A DNA stretch of 41,151 nt from an uncultured Eisenbergiella sp. Lineage in GTDB: Bacteria; Bacillota; Clostridia; Lachnospirales; Lachnospiraceae. Both the position numbers and the translations under genes were made by a program. Under the pieces are notes generated by a model. It worked only from the letters and a program-made list of their open reading frames with translations. It made no database searches and was not told the DNA's origin. Shown here in pieces: positions 1 to 8,368 of this stretch. The stretch lies in the NCBI GenBank assembly GCA_947626725.1, contig CANQTI010000001.1:1-41151 (forward strand), written 5' to 3'. How positions within the stretch are numbered: the first letter of the stretch is position 1; the number at the start of each line of letters is the position of its first letter.

Positions 1-68
1 TATAATGTCTCCTCAACTCCGACAGGAAAGCACAAGCCTCATGAAATTCTTTAAATTCTTCATGATTT

Positions 69-96
69 ATTATAGACAATCTGAACAGATTGTCAA
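69..96 (-). promoter_or_regulatory. sigma-A type promoter for a minus-strand gene starting just left of the window, overlapped by a palindromic operator-like site
   Basis: Minus strand TTGACA (96-91), 16 bp, TATAAT (74-69). Perfect palindrome GACAATCTG-AA-CAGATTGTC at 75-94. Minus-strand GAGGAG RBS at about 9-14. Confidence 0.65.
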
Positions 97-144
97 GAAC
101 TTTTGAAGGATTTAAGGGAAAAAGTTTTCCGTATACATAAAAAA

Positions 145-213
145 GGCACGCCGCGACGCACCCTTGGCCTGTTCCAAAAAAAGGAATGGCGGGAGGGTGT
201 GTTTTGGTGTGCC
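145..213. terminator. long imperfect stem-loop, probable terminator
   Basis: GGCACGCC/GGTGTGCC and ACGCACCCT/AGGGTGTGT arms, preceded by an A-run (U-tail on the minus strand). Confidence 0.4.
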
Positions 214-657
214 CAAATATGGTTACTCCGTTAAAGTGCAGGGACAGGAAGGCCCCGGAGGGCCGTCCGGGGAGCAGCGGGCCGCTTTTTGCCGGGTCCT
301 GTTTAAGACATTATATTAATAGTGTCCCGAAACCCGACAGGAGGGTATCAGGTCAATGAGATCAGCCAGAGTTCTTTTGTTCAAAATGACGGAGGATTTT
401 ACTCATGAACCTCTGTCGATGCCGGAACAGGAGGCGCTGCGCGTCAGTGGCAGGTATGGGGCGTTTCCGATACCGCCCACCTTCTGGCGGTCTCGGACCC
501 CGGGGCGGGGGAGATGAAAAATACGGTAATGCCCGGGATGTGAACGCATGTCATATCCTGTTTTTATTTTCAGGGTAAAAAACCGGTATGGCTCCGCTGC
601 TGTGCCGCCCGGAGAGAGGGCGGCAGGATCTGGACACATTTATTGAGGAGGTCAAGT

Positions 658-2223
658 ATGGAAAGAAGAAATGCAAGAAACAGAGGCAAAAAGGGCTTTA
701 CGTTAGTAGAGCTGGTAGTGGTAATTGCTGTACTCGCAATACTTGCAGGCGTCGGCGTGGTGGCGTATAACGGGTACATAGCATATGCCAGAAAGGGTAT
801 CGATAAGAAGACCGTGGGCGAGGTCATGCACGCCCTGGAGCTGGCGGATTACAACGATCCATCCCTGTTCGGGGAGAACGGCGGCGCGATGGTGGTGCTG
901 ACGACGGATGGCTATAAGGTCGCCGGTGGCCTTGAAGGGGCAGACTTGGACGGCGCGTTGATGAAGGCCTTTGGAGACAAAAATGCCATCAAACTGAATT
1001 ACGATAAATGGGGCGGCGCTGCGGATATGAGTGTATTCGCGAACCTTGGAGATGAAGGAACCAAGGTTGCTGAATATTTGGATTATGATACGACCGCCAG
1101 CTTCGCAGGTGATATTGACACACTCTGGAGCGATGTTCAGAAGGTATTTGATAGCTTAAACATTCCAGACGAGAACGCCAGGGTAAAAATGGCACAGGCC
1201 GTTAACTGGAGTACATATACATCTCCTGTGACGGTAACGGAAAACAGTGTAACAAAAACGTATAATGGCGGAAATGTGGAATACATTCTGGACACCTGGA
1301 AAAACCAGGGCCACTTCACCAATACAAGCTCCGGCAGCGGCGGCTTTTATTTGGCTGCCGCGCACTCCCGGAACTACTCCTTCTACATGTATGCGAAAAA
1401 CCATTGCGATACATGGGATGACACAATGCAGTCTCAGATTGACGAACTGTTGAAGAATTTCGGATCTGTTGACTACTTTGACAAACAGAACGGTATGTAT
1501 TCGTTGACTGATCCCAGATGGGCCGATATTGTGTCAGCATATAATGCAGTCGATTCCGTCAGCGGTCATTCCCAGGCTGAGGCGGATGCGATGGCTTACC
1601 TCGGCATGATGGAGGCCGCAAAAGCGGTTGGAGATGACGAGAATCTCGACATGCGGACGGGCAATAACGGACTGGTACGGGACGAGGATTATCTTGAGGC
1701 TTTCAAGAGCTACGTCGGGATGGTCGGCAACATTCTCGGCAAAACGGTTGATTTTAATGCCATTAAAACACTGGCTGGCCAAGTGGGATCAGGAAAGTCA
1801 CCTGTGGTCATCAATGTCGTCAAAAGCAATGGGACGCTGACTTTTAAGATTTCACCGGAGGAAGCGAATCCGAGGACGGAAAACGGTAATGGTGCATCGA
1901 CGGAGGAAGAGGAAGTTGTCTATACTCAGGACGGCGCGACGTTGGACTTTGGCAGCGGCGTTACGACCGGCGAAATCGTCATGAAGCCGAAAAGCGAAAT
2001 TACCGTAACGATCACCGATCTTCCTGGTAGCGATTCAAAGGTTCAAGGTTATAACACAACTTACGGTGGAAATGTTACGAGCGCTACAAGCGATCAAGCT
2101 AATAAGACGGTCACTATTACGACTGGAGATGCTGGTTCTGGTACCGTGACGATTACGTGGAAAGTGAAGGCTAGTGTAGTAGAAATTCCTGGCATCTTTA
2201 CCTTAAATGTGTTAATAAAGTAA
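658..2223 (+). CDS. large type IV pilin-like protein (prepilin N-terminal cleavage/methylation motif), 521 aa
   Basis: GAGGAGG RBS then ATG at 658. Basic leader MERRNARNRGKKG followed by FTLVELVVVIAVLAILAGVGVVAY (class III signal, G|F with E5). Thr/Val-rich, beta-strand-like C-terminus. Confidence 0.9.
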   Translation: MERRNARNRGKKGFTLVELVVVIAVLAILAGVGVVAYNGYIAYARKGIDKKTVGEVMHALELADYNDPSLFGENGGAMVVLTTDGYKVAGGLEGADLDGALMKAFGDKNAIKLNYDKWGGAADMSVFANLGDEGTKVAEYLDYDTTASFAGDIDTLWSDVQKVFDSLNIPDENARVKMAQAVNWSTYTSPVTVTENSVTKTYNGGNVEYILDTWKNQGHFTNTSSGSGGFYLAAAHSRNYSFYMYAKNHCDTWDDTMQSQIDELLKNFGSVDYFDKQNGMYSLTDPRWADIVSAYNAVDSVSGHSQAEADAMAYLGMMEAAKAVGDDENLDMRTGNNGLVRDEDYLEAFKSYVGMVGNILGKTVDFNAIKTLAGQVGSGKSPVVINVVKSNGTLTFKISPEEANPRTENGNGASTEEEEVVYTQDGATLDFGSGVTTGEIVMKPKSEITVTITDLPGSDSKVQGYNTTYGGNVTSATSDQANKTVTITTGDAGSGTVTITWKVKASVVEIPGIFTLNVLIK

Positions 2224-2425
2224 GCAAGAGCCTGTTCTAAATATTTAATTACATCCCGCAGAGCCTGCTTGCCGGAAGATCGCATAGTATGTGCATACAA
2301 AATCACCCCCGTCGAATGACCTTTCTGTATATGAAATCTACCACAACTTCAAACACCGAGGGCCGCCATGGGGCTGAAGTTCGTCCTGATCCCGGCCGCC
2401 CTCTGGGCTGACATAGAAAAGAAAA

Positions 2426-2477
2426 AAGCTGCATATCATGAAACAAACAATTGTGGATGTTTCACGGTATGCAGCTT
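2426..2477. terminator. 20-bp stem hairpin whose right arm contains the spmB-like ATG
   Basis: AAGCTGCATATCATGAAACA (2426-2445) pairs with TGTTTCACGGTATGCAGCTT (2458-2477); A-rich left flank. Confidence 0.6.
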
Positions 2478-2837
2478 CTTATGTATCTGTCGGATTTTCT
2501 CATTCCGATTCTGATCTTTTATATCATCGGCTTCGGCCTGCTCTCCAAAGTACCCGTGTTTGACGCATTTGCGAAGGGGGCAAAGGACGGGCTTACCACC
2601 GCGAAGACCATACTGCCCACGCTGATCGGGCTAATGATGGGGGTGGGGATCTTACGGGCTTCCGGCTTTCTGGACTGGTTTGTGGGAATCCTGCGGCACG
2701 TGACGGATCCGATGCATGTACCGGCGGTTCTTGTGCCGGTCATTTTTGTGAGGATCCTTTCTTCCTCGGCGGCAACGGGGCTCGTGCTGGATATTTTTAA
2801 GGAATTTGGCGCGGATTCCTACGTGGGATACGCGGCG
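2469..2837 (+). pseudogene. spmB: spore maturation protein B (nucleoside-recognition/Gate domain) fragment, 3'-truncated; the ORF reads on to 3008 through antisense GH38 DNA
   Basis: MQLLMYLSDFLIPILIFYIIGFGL...VFDAFAKGAKDG...ILPTLIGLMMGVGILRASG...RILSSSAATGLVLDIFKEFGADSYVG is SpmB-like. Similarity stops after GYAA and the expected 'TETIFYTMSVYF'-type C-terminus is absent. No RBS, and no spmA upstream. Confidence 0.75.
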
Positions 2838-5435
2838 GATATAGCCGAACTGTACTTCATGGCTGGCGAAATCCGTATGGATGGACGTATCGAATGCCGT
2901 CTTCAGGAAATGATGATCGTCCTGCCAGTCGATCCTGGTCTCAAAGATCACCCCGACGGAATCCGCCCGGAAGATCATATCCTGCTCCAGCTCCGATCTG
3001 CCGCTTAAGCGATACCGGCTCCGTATCCTGCATTCCACCGCTCCGTTCGACACCACCCGCCTGGAAAGGAGCACGGCGCTGTCACGGAACCTGCTCTCAC
3101 AGTCCGCATCAATGTCCCAATTATCCCACGCCAGAGAGACTTCTTCTGCCATGAGCAGCGTATTCAGGGCATAGCCCTCTCCCCGCAGCTCCCGCCCGTT
3201 CCGTTTATCCACATAGGATTCCAGATATCCCTTTTCATCAAAGACCACCTTTAACAGCGGCGACTCCAGCCGGTTCCCCTCCAGCACGAATACCGGTTCC
3301 TCCTCCGTATGCGCCCCGGTCATCGTCAGCACCGCGCTCCCGAACGCCGGGACCGTCAGCCCCGCCACGGCCAGCCGGGGGCCTCCGTCCAGGCCCTCCA
3401 CGACCTGCTGCCGGTAAGGGCCGCTCACATACCGGCCGTCAAACGGCAGATAGATCACATCGTTTCGCGGAAACGACAGCGTATTCACCACCGTGACCGT
3501 CTCCCCGCCGTTCTGCAGCGCTGCGGCGCATCCCGCTTCCCGTACCGCCTCGCCCCTGTCTGCATCCGTCCGGGTCCTTTGCCTGCAAACCCCCGCCTGC
3601 AGCAGGGCCCTCGTCTGCTCTCCGGCCTCCTGCAGGATGTGCGACACGGCCTGTATCGCCTCGTCATGGGCGCGCGGAATACAGGTGCCGGGCAGGATAT
3701 CATGGAACTGATTGATCAGCATTTCGTTCGTCAGGGGATCGATCTGCGCGGCGTCCGCCTCATTGCCGCTTTCGATGGCATCCCGCACCGTAAGGTACTC
3801 CAGATCGTGCAGCGCGAATTCCGCTTTTCTGTTGTTCCTCTTGATCACATGCTGGTTGGTCAGGGTGGCGCGGTGCAGCTCCAGATACAGCTCGCCGCTG
3901 TAGACGGAAGGCTCCGTCAGCTTCTTTTCCAGTTCCCTCATAAAACGGCTGACCGTGGTATGGGAGGTCCGCGGCATCCCCTCCAGATCCTTCAGACGCT
4001 CCGCGACCTCGATCATCCCGAATTCCGGACCGCCTCCGCCGTCTCCGAAGCCATAGGAGATCAGCCGCATATCGGAGACGGTACGCTCCTTGATGGTGTT
4101 GTCCCCCTCCTCCAGCAGATTTTTCGATAAGGTCACCGGGTCCGGCCATACATGGGTACGGTTGAAATGGACCAGCACCTTCGAACCATCGATCCCCTTC
4201 CAGTAAAACGTATCGTAGGGGAATACGTTCGTATCGTTCCAGGCGATCTTCGTGGTCAGGAAATACCGGATCCGGCAGCCCCGCATGATCTGGGGCAGGG
4301 ATGCGCTGTAGCCGAAGGTATCCGGCAGCCAAAAGGCATCCGAGGTATATCCGAAGTTCTCCCGGGTAAACCTCTGCCCCCAGACAAACTGGCGGATCAG
4401 ATACTCCCCGGAAGGGATATTGCAGTCGCATTCGATCCATACGCCGCCGTTCGGCTCATATCTTCCCTCCGCCGCGCGCCGTCTGATATCCTCAAACAGC
4501 GCCGGATACAGCCTTTTGATGATATCCGCGTGGTAAGCGGAACTCTGGATAAAGGTGTAATCCGGGTACTGATCCATCAGGTTCATCTGATTGGAATAGG
4601 TCCTGGCGCACTTCTTTTCCGTCTCGCCCCGGTGCCACAGCCATGCGGTATCCATATGGGAATGTCCGATCAGTCCGGCGTACGGGGCGGATTCGGAATT
4701 TTTCCTTTTCAGGGCCTCCTTCAGAATACGGTCCGCCCTGCGCACCTGTTCCCGGAACACCTCCGGCGCCTCGTTCGGAAAGTCATAGGAAATAAAGCCA
4801 TGGATCTCCAGGAGCGCCCGCACGAATCCGGCACGGACGAAGCTGTTCGAAGGAAGCGCCCGCACCATCTGATTGACGACCCGAAGATCAAAATAAAAAT
4901 CCGCCAGTTCCTCATCCTTCAGGCAGATCTGCGCCGGATGACAGACGATCCGAAACTCCTTCTGGCCCTCCTCCAGGAACGGCTGTGTTCCTTTGATGTA
5001 ATGATTCGCATAATATTCCAGCGCGATCCCGATCTCTTCCCCGGCCCTGGCCGCGCCCGTCAGCATATCGCAGTAATGATTGCCGTGGCTGTTCTCAATG
5101 ATCTTGGCGGCAAAATTGCCGTAGGGCTTCCCGTTCACCCAGAGCATTCCCTCATATCCCTGCACATGCGGGCAGATGAAAAGCCGTTTCCCGTCCAGCT
5201 CCTCCGGCACGGTATAGCATCCCTTAAACCAGCAGTAGATCCCCTCTCCTTCAAAGACCGTTCCATCCTCACAGGGCGCAAACAGACCGTCCTCCGGCAC
5301 GCTGTGATAGCGGCCGTCCGTTTGAAAGGCCCGCAGCGGCACGGCATCCACCGCGGCAAAGAGCCTGGGCTCCAACATCTCCTCCAGACGCTTCAGCTTT
5401 CCGAGCATTCTGTCCAACTGTCTCTCTGTATACAT
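2652..5435 (-). CDS. GH38 alpha-mannosidase (class 2C-like), C-terminally truncated, with the last 59 aa from antisense spmB
   Basis: Motifs GHSHMDTAWLW, GGVWIECDCN, WLPDTFGYS (nucleophile), GDGGGG, ELYLELHR, NQFHDILPG, WDNWDID. Homology ends at EVQFGYIRR (about 2832). GAGGAGG RBS. Confidence 0.9.
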   Translation of the reverse strand: MYTERQLDRMLGKLKRLEEMLEPRLFAAVDAVPLRAFQTDGRYHSVPEDGLFAPCEDGTVFEGEGIYCWFKGCYTVPEELDGKRLFICPHVQGYEGMLWVNGKPYGNFAAKIIENSHGNHYCDMLTGAARAGEEIGIALEYYANHYIKGTQPFLEEGQKEFRIVCHPAQICLKDEELADFYFDLRVVNQMVRALPSNSFVRAGFVRALLEIHGFISYDFPNEAPEVFREQVRRADRILKEALKRKNSESAPYAGLIGHSHMDTAWLWHRGETEKKCARTYSNQMNLMDQYPDYTFIQSSAYHADIIKRLYPALFEDIRRRAAEGRYEPNGGVWIECDCNIPSGEYLIRQFVWGQRFTRENFGYTSDAFWLPDTFGYSASLPQIMRGCRIRYFLTTKIAWNDTNVFPYDTFYWKGIDGSKVLVHFNRTHVWPDPVTLSKNLLEEGDNTIKERTVSDMRLISYGFGDGGGGPEFGMIEVAERLKDLEGMPRTSHTTVSRFMRELEKKLTEPSVYSGELYLELHRATLTNQHVIKRNNRKAEFALHDLEYLTVRDAIESGNEADAAQIDPLTNEMLINQFHDILPGTCIPRAHDEAIQAVSHILQEAGEQTRALLQAGVCRQRTRTDADRGEAVREAGCAAALQNGGETVTVVNTLSFPRNDVIYLPFDGRYVSGPYRQQVVEGLDGGPRLAVAGLTVPAFGSAVLTMTGAHTEEEPVFVLEGNRLESPLLKVVFDEKGYLESYVDKRNGRELRGEGYALNTLLMAEEVSLAWDNWDIDADCESRFRDSAVLLSRRVVSNGAVECRIRSRYRLSGRSELEQDMIFRADSVGVIFETRIDWQDDHHFLKTAFDTSIHTDFASHEVQFGYIRRVSHVGIRAKFLKNIQHEPRCRRGRKDPHKNDRHKNRRYMHRIRHVPQDSHKPVQKAGSP

Positions 5436-5463
5436 GGTCCCTCCTCAAGATTGTATATTTGTA

Positions 5464-8106
5464 TCATTCATCTTCCAACTCAATATCCTCTGTAATCGCA
5501 ATCCGATCTGTCAACTGAATGTTGCTGCTGCTCTTTCCGATCATAATTTCAAAGTCTCCTGCCTCCACCATCCATTTCTTTTTCAGATTATAAATTCGGA
5601 AGGACCCAAAATCCAGAAGGAAACGGATTTCTTTTTCTTCCCCGGGCATAAGGGTAACTCGTTTGAATCCCTTCAGCAGCTTATCTGGACGCACAACACT
5701 GCTTTGCAAATCATTGACATACAGTTGAACGATATCCGTCCCTTCCCGTTCCCCGACATTTTTCACTTTGACATAAATCTCATAATTGCAGGGCCCGCAC
5801 AGCTTCTCTATTTTCAAATCTCTATAAGCAAACTCTGTATAGGAAAGGCCAAACCCAAAAGGAAACAATGCACCAATATCGCTCTCCAGATAACTTGCGC
5901 TTCCGCCTGGGAGTTTGGAATAATAGCAGGGCAAATGTCCCACGCTCTTGGGGAAAGAAATTGGCAGTTTACCGGAAGGATTCTTGATGCCAAGAAGAAC
6001 TTCCGCAATCGCCGTCGCTCCCAATTCACCCCCAAACCAGGCTTCCATAATAGCGTCCATCTGACCGATTTCTTCGCTCAAATCTACAGGTTTTCCACTC
6101 TCGAGCACCAGTACAGAGGGTTTATGAAGTTCTGCCACGCGGCGGATCAATTCCCTCTGCTTTCCATAGAGCTTTAGATCACATCTATCCATGCCTTCTC
6201 CGCTGGTAATCTTGTCATCTCCGCAAACAAGCACCACCGCATCACTGTCCTTTGCCATGGCCAATGCATCCTCTATAGATTCATGGTGGAAATCCAGACA
6301 CAGAGCGAGATCCCTGCCATTTACATCACAAACATATTCAATTTCCAGCTCATGCCGCGCACCATTCTGAAAAACAAATCCGCTCTTGGGAAGAGGCATC
6401 TTATGGCCGGGAAAACTATCAATTACGAGCTTTCCATCCACAAAGACTCTTACGCTGTCGCCGGTGCGAAATACAAGCTGTCCTTTGATTTCTTCCCCTT
6501 CGGTAAAATCATGTGTATTAACATTCAGCGCACATTTCATGCGCACAGAATAGCCGGTAAAATTCAAATCCTTATGGGGCTTTGCAAGAATCCAGTTAAA
6601 ACTGATTCCCTTCATGTGACTGCTGCCTAAGGGGGCCCCGCCAAAATGATCGTTGTTATAGAAGGTCAGCTCCACTCCATCCTCATACCAACTCTCCGGC
6701 ACCGGACAAATATCTCGTCCTGAAATACCACAGCCATCACATTGACGGATCGTGACCTGTGAACCGGCCAATCGCTTCATCTCTTCATAAAGAGAAGGAA
6801 CCTTGTAACCATAAGGCACTGAAGAATAGCTTCCAACGCGCTGATAACCCGAACCGGGGCCGAGCAGAGCGACAGACTTTACTTTTTTCAACGGCAGCAC
6901 ATCGTTTTTGTTCTGCAAAAGCACAATGGATTCTCTTGCTGCCTGCAGACTGATCTCCCGATGCCTATCGCAACGCACCACAGACTTATAATGCTGTTCA
7001 TCCGTAAAGGGATGCTCAAACAACCCAAGTTTGAATTTCACCGATAAAATTCTGGCTACAGCCTCATCAATGACAGACTCCGCTATTTTCCCCTCCTGCA
7101 CTAGTTCCACCAGTGTGGACTCCCAATATTTATTCGGGAAATCAAAGCCCTGTACATCCAAACCGCCATTTACCGCCAGACGAATGCTGTCTTTAGAATC
7201 TGTTGTCATATGATGGGCATTCTTTAAGCGATTTACCGCGCCGAAGTCCGCACGCACATATCCCTTTAATCCGTAGCGCTCTTTGAGCACCTCGCGCAAA
7301 TAGTGCTCGGATGCGATAACAGCCTCTCCGTCAATGCAATTATAAGACGCCATTGCATTATAAGCACCAGCCTTTTTGATCCCCGCTTCAAATACAGGAA
7401 GATACTCCGTCTCCACTTCACGTTCGCCCACGCGCGCAGGAGAACAGTTGGTTCCTCCTTCCGGAATACCGTGCACGCAGTAATGCTTCGGTTCTGCAAC
7501 GATTTTATCCGGTCTGCCAATGTCATCTCCCTGTTCACCGGTCACGATCGCATATGCCATGTTGGCAGAAAGGAAGGTATCCTCACCAAAGGTTTCCTCC
7601 ACTCTTCCCCATCTTGGTTCCCTGGCCAGGTCCAGATTGGGGGCCAAAATTTCGTGGATACCGAGGCTTCTCGTCTCCGCCGCAATCGCTTCTCCAACCT
7701 GTCGGGTCAACTCAGGATGGAATGTAGCACCCATATTGATCGGCATCGGAAAGATGGTGGCGCCCGGATAACAAAGCCCATGGAGCGCCTCCCCAGTAAA
7801 GATGCAAGGAATTCCCAGTCTTGTTTCTTCTACCATATAACGCTGTATTTTGTTCAATACGGAAGGAATAGAGTAAATGTCGTGTACAAAGCCCATCCCT
7901 CTGTCCCCAAAGCTTTCTCTCACTTTATCCCACTGAAAATCAGAGGTTTCATCCACCGCGCAAAAGTGTGCAGCATGCACCTTTTCTGCCAGTTCCACGC
8001 CGCGAATCATATCCATCTGTGCTGCTTTTTCTTCCAGCGTCATTCTCCGCAAAAGATCCTCTACCCGTTCTTCGACAGGCAATTCCGGGTTCTTATACTT
8101 CATCAT
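5464..8106 (-). CDS. GH3 beta-glucosidase/xylosidase with inserted PA14-like segment and C-terminal Fn3-like domain
   Basis: RLGIP, EALHG, REPRWGRVEETFGED, KHY, MASYN, RADFG, SGEGMDR, LFPFGFGLSYT and VQLY motifs. Start set at 8106 by the AAAGGGG RBS. Confidence 0.93.
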   Translation of the reverse strand: MMKYKNPELPVEERVEDLLRRMTLEEKAAQMDMIRGVELAEKVHAAHFCAVDETSDFQWDKVRESFGDRGMGFVHDIYSIPSVLNKIQRYMVEETRLGIPCIFTGEALHGLCYPGATIFPMPINMGATFHPELTRQVGEAIAAETRSLGIHEILAPNLDLAREPRWGRVEETFGEDTFLSANMAYAIVTGEQGDDIGRPDKIVAEPKHYCVHGIPEGGTNCSPARVGEREVETEYLPVFEAGIKKAGAYNAMASYNCIDGEAVIASEHYLREVLKERYGLKGYVRADFGAVNRLKNAHHMTTDSKDSIRLAVNGGLDVQGFDFPNKYWESTLVELVQEGKIAESVIDEAVARILSVKFKLGLFEHPFTDEQHYKSVVRCDRHREISLQAARESIVLLQNKNDVLPLKKVKSVALLGPGSGYQRVGSYSSVPYGYKVPSLYEEMKRLAGSQVTIRQCDGCGISGRDICPVPESWYEDGVELTFYNNDHFGGAPLGSSHMKGISFNWILAKPHKDLNFTGYSVRMKCALNVNTHDFTEGEEIKGQLVFRTGDSVRVFVDGKLVIDSFPGHKMPLPKSGFVFQNGARHELEIEYVCDVNGRDLALCLDFHHESIEDALAMAKDSDAVVLVCGDDKITSGEGMDRCDLKLYGKQRELIRRVAELHKPSVLVLESGKPVDLSEEIGQMDAIMEAWFGGELGATAIAEVLLGIKNPSGKLPISFPKSVGHLPCYYSKLPGGSASYLESDIGALFPFGFGLSYTEFAYRDLKIEKLCGPCNYEIYVKVKNVGEREGTDIVQLYVNDLQSSVVRPDKLLKGFKRVTLMPGEEKEIRFLLDFGSFRIYNLKKKWMVEAGDFEIMIGKSSSNIQLTDRIAITEDIELEDE

Positions 8107-8318
8107 ATCGGTTCCCCTTTCATCTTCAGACATTCTTCATGTCCCGCTCTGTTAATTGTCTTTATCCCATATTTTAAAGCATATAGCTGGCATGTTGTCT
8201 ACTAATTTTATAAAAACACTGCAGCAATATGTATCCGTATAGCGAATATCTTCTTTTCATCACCAGGCAGAATCTTCAGATGCCCCGGCGCCTTCTATTT
8301 CTGCAGCAGATTAGTAAA

Positions 8319-8348
8319 GGCACACGCCCCCTTTCGGGAGCGTGTGCC
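8319..8348 (-). terminator. stem-loop downstream of the solute-binding protein gene
   Basis: GGCACACGC...GCGTGTGCC inverted repeat with a short U-run on the minus strand. Confidence 0.6.
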
Positions 8349-8368
8349 ACAGGTTCAGTCAACTGACA

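Noticed and set aside
200-250. GTGTGCCC after a hairpin as the 5' end of a group IIC intron
   Set aside because: It is explained as the arm pairing with GGCACGCC at 145-152; no further intron sequence or reverse transcriptase is present.
220-640. c-di-GMP riboswitch upstream of the pilin gene
   Set aside because: I could not find the class I or class II consensus elements by eye.
2451-3008. 185-aa ORF as an intact SpmB
   Set aside because: The near-normal length is coincidental: sequence after 2837 is antisense GH38.
4152-5495. Long antisense ORFs (447 aa here; also 17811-19055, 26820-27863, 37156-38289 and others)
   Set aside because: They are shadows of well-supported genes on the opposite strand, with no recognisable motifs; expected from codon bias in GC-rich genes.
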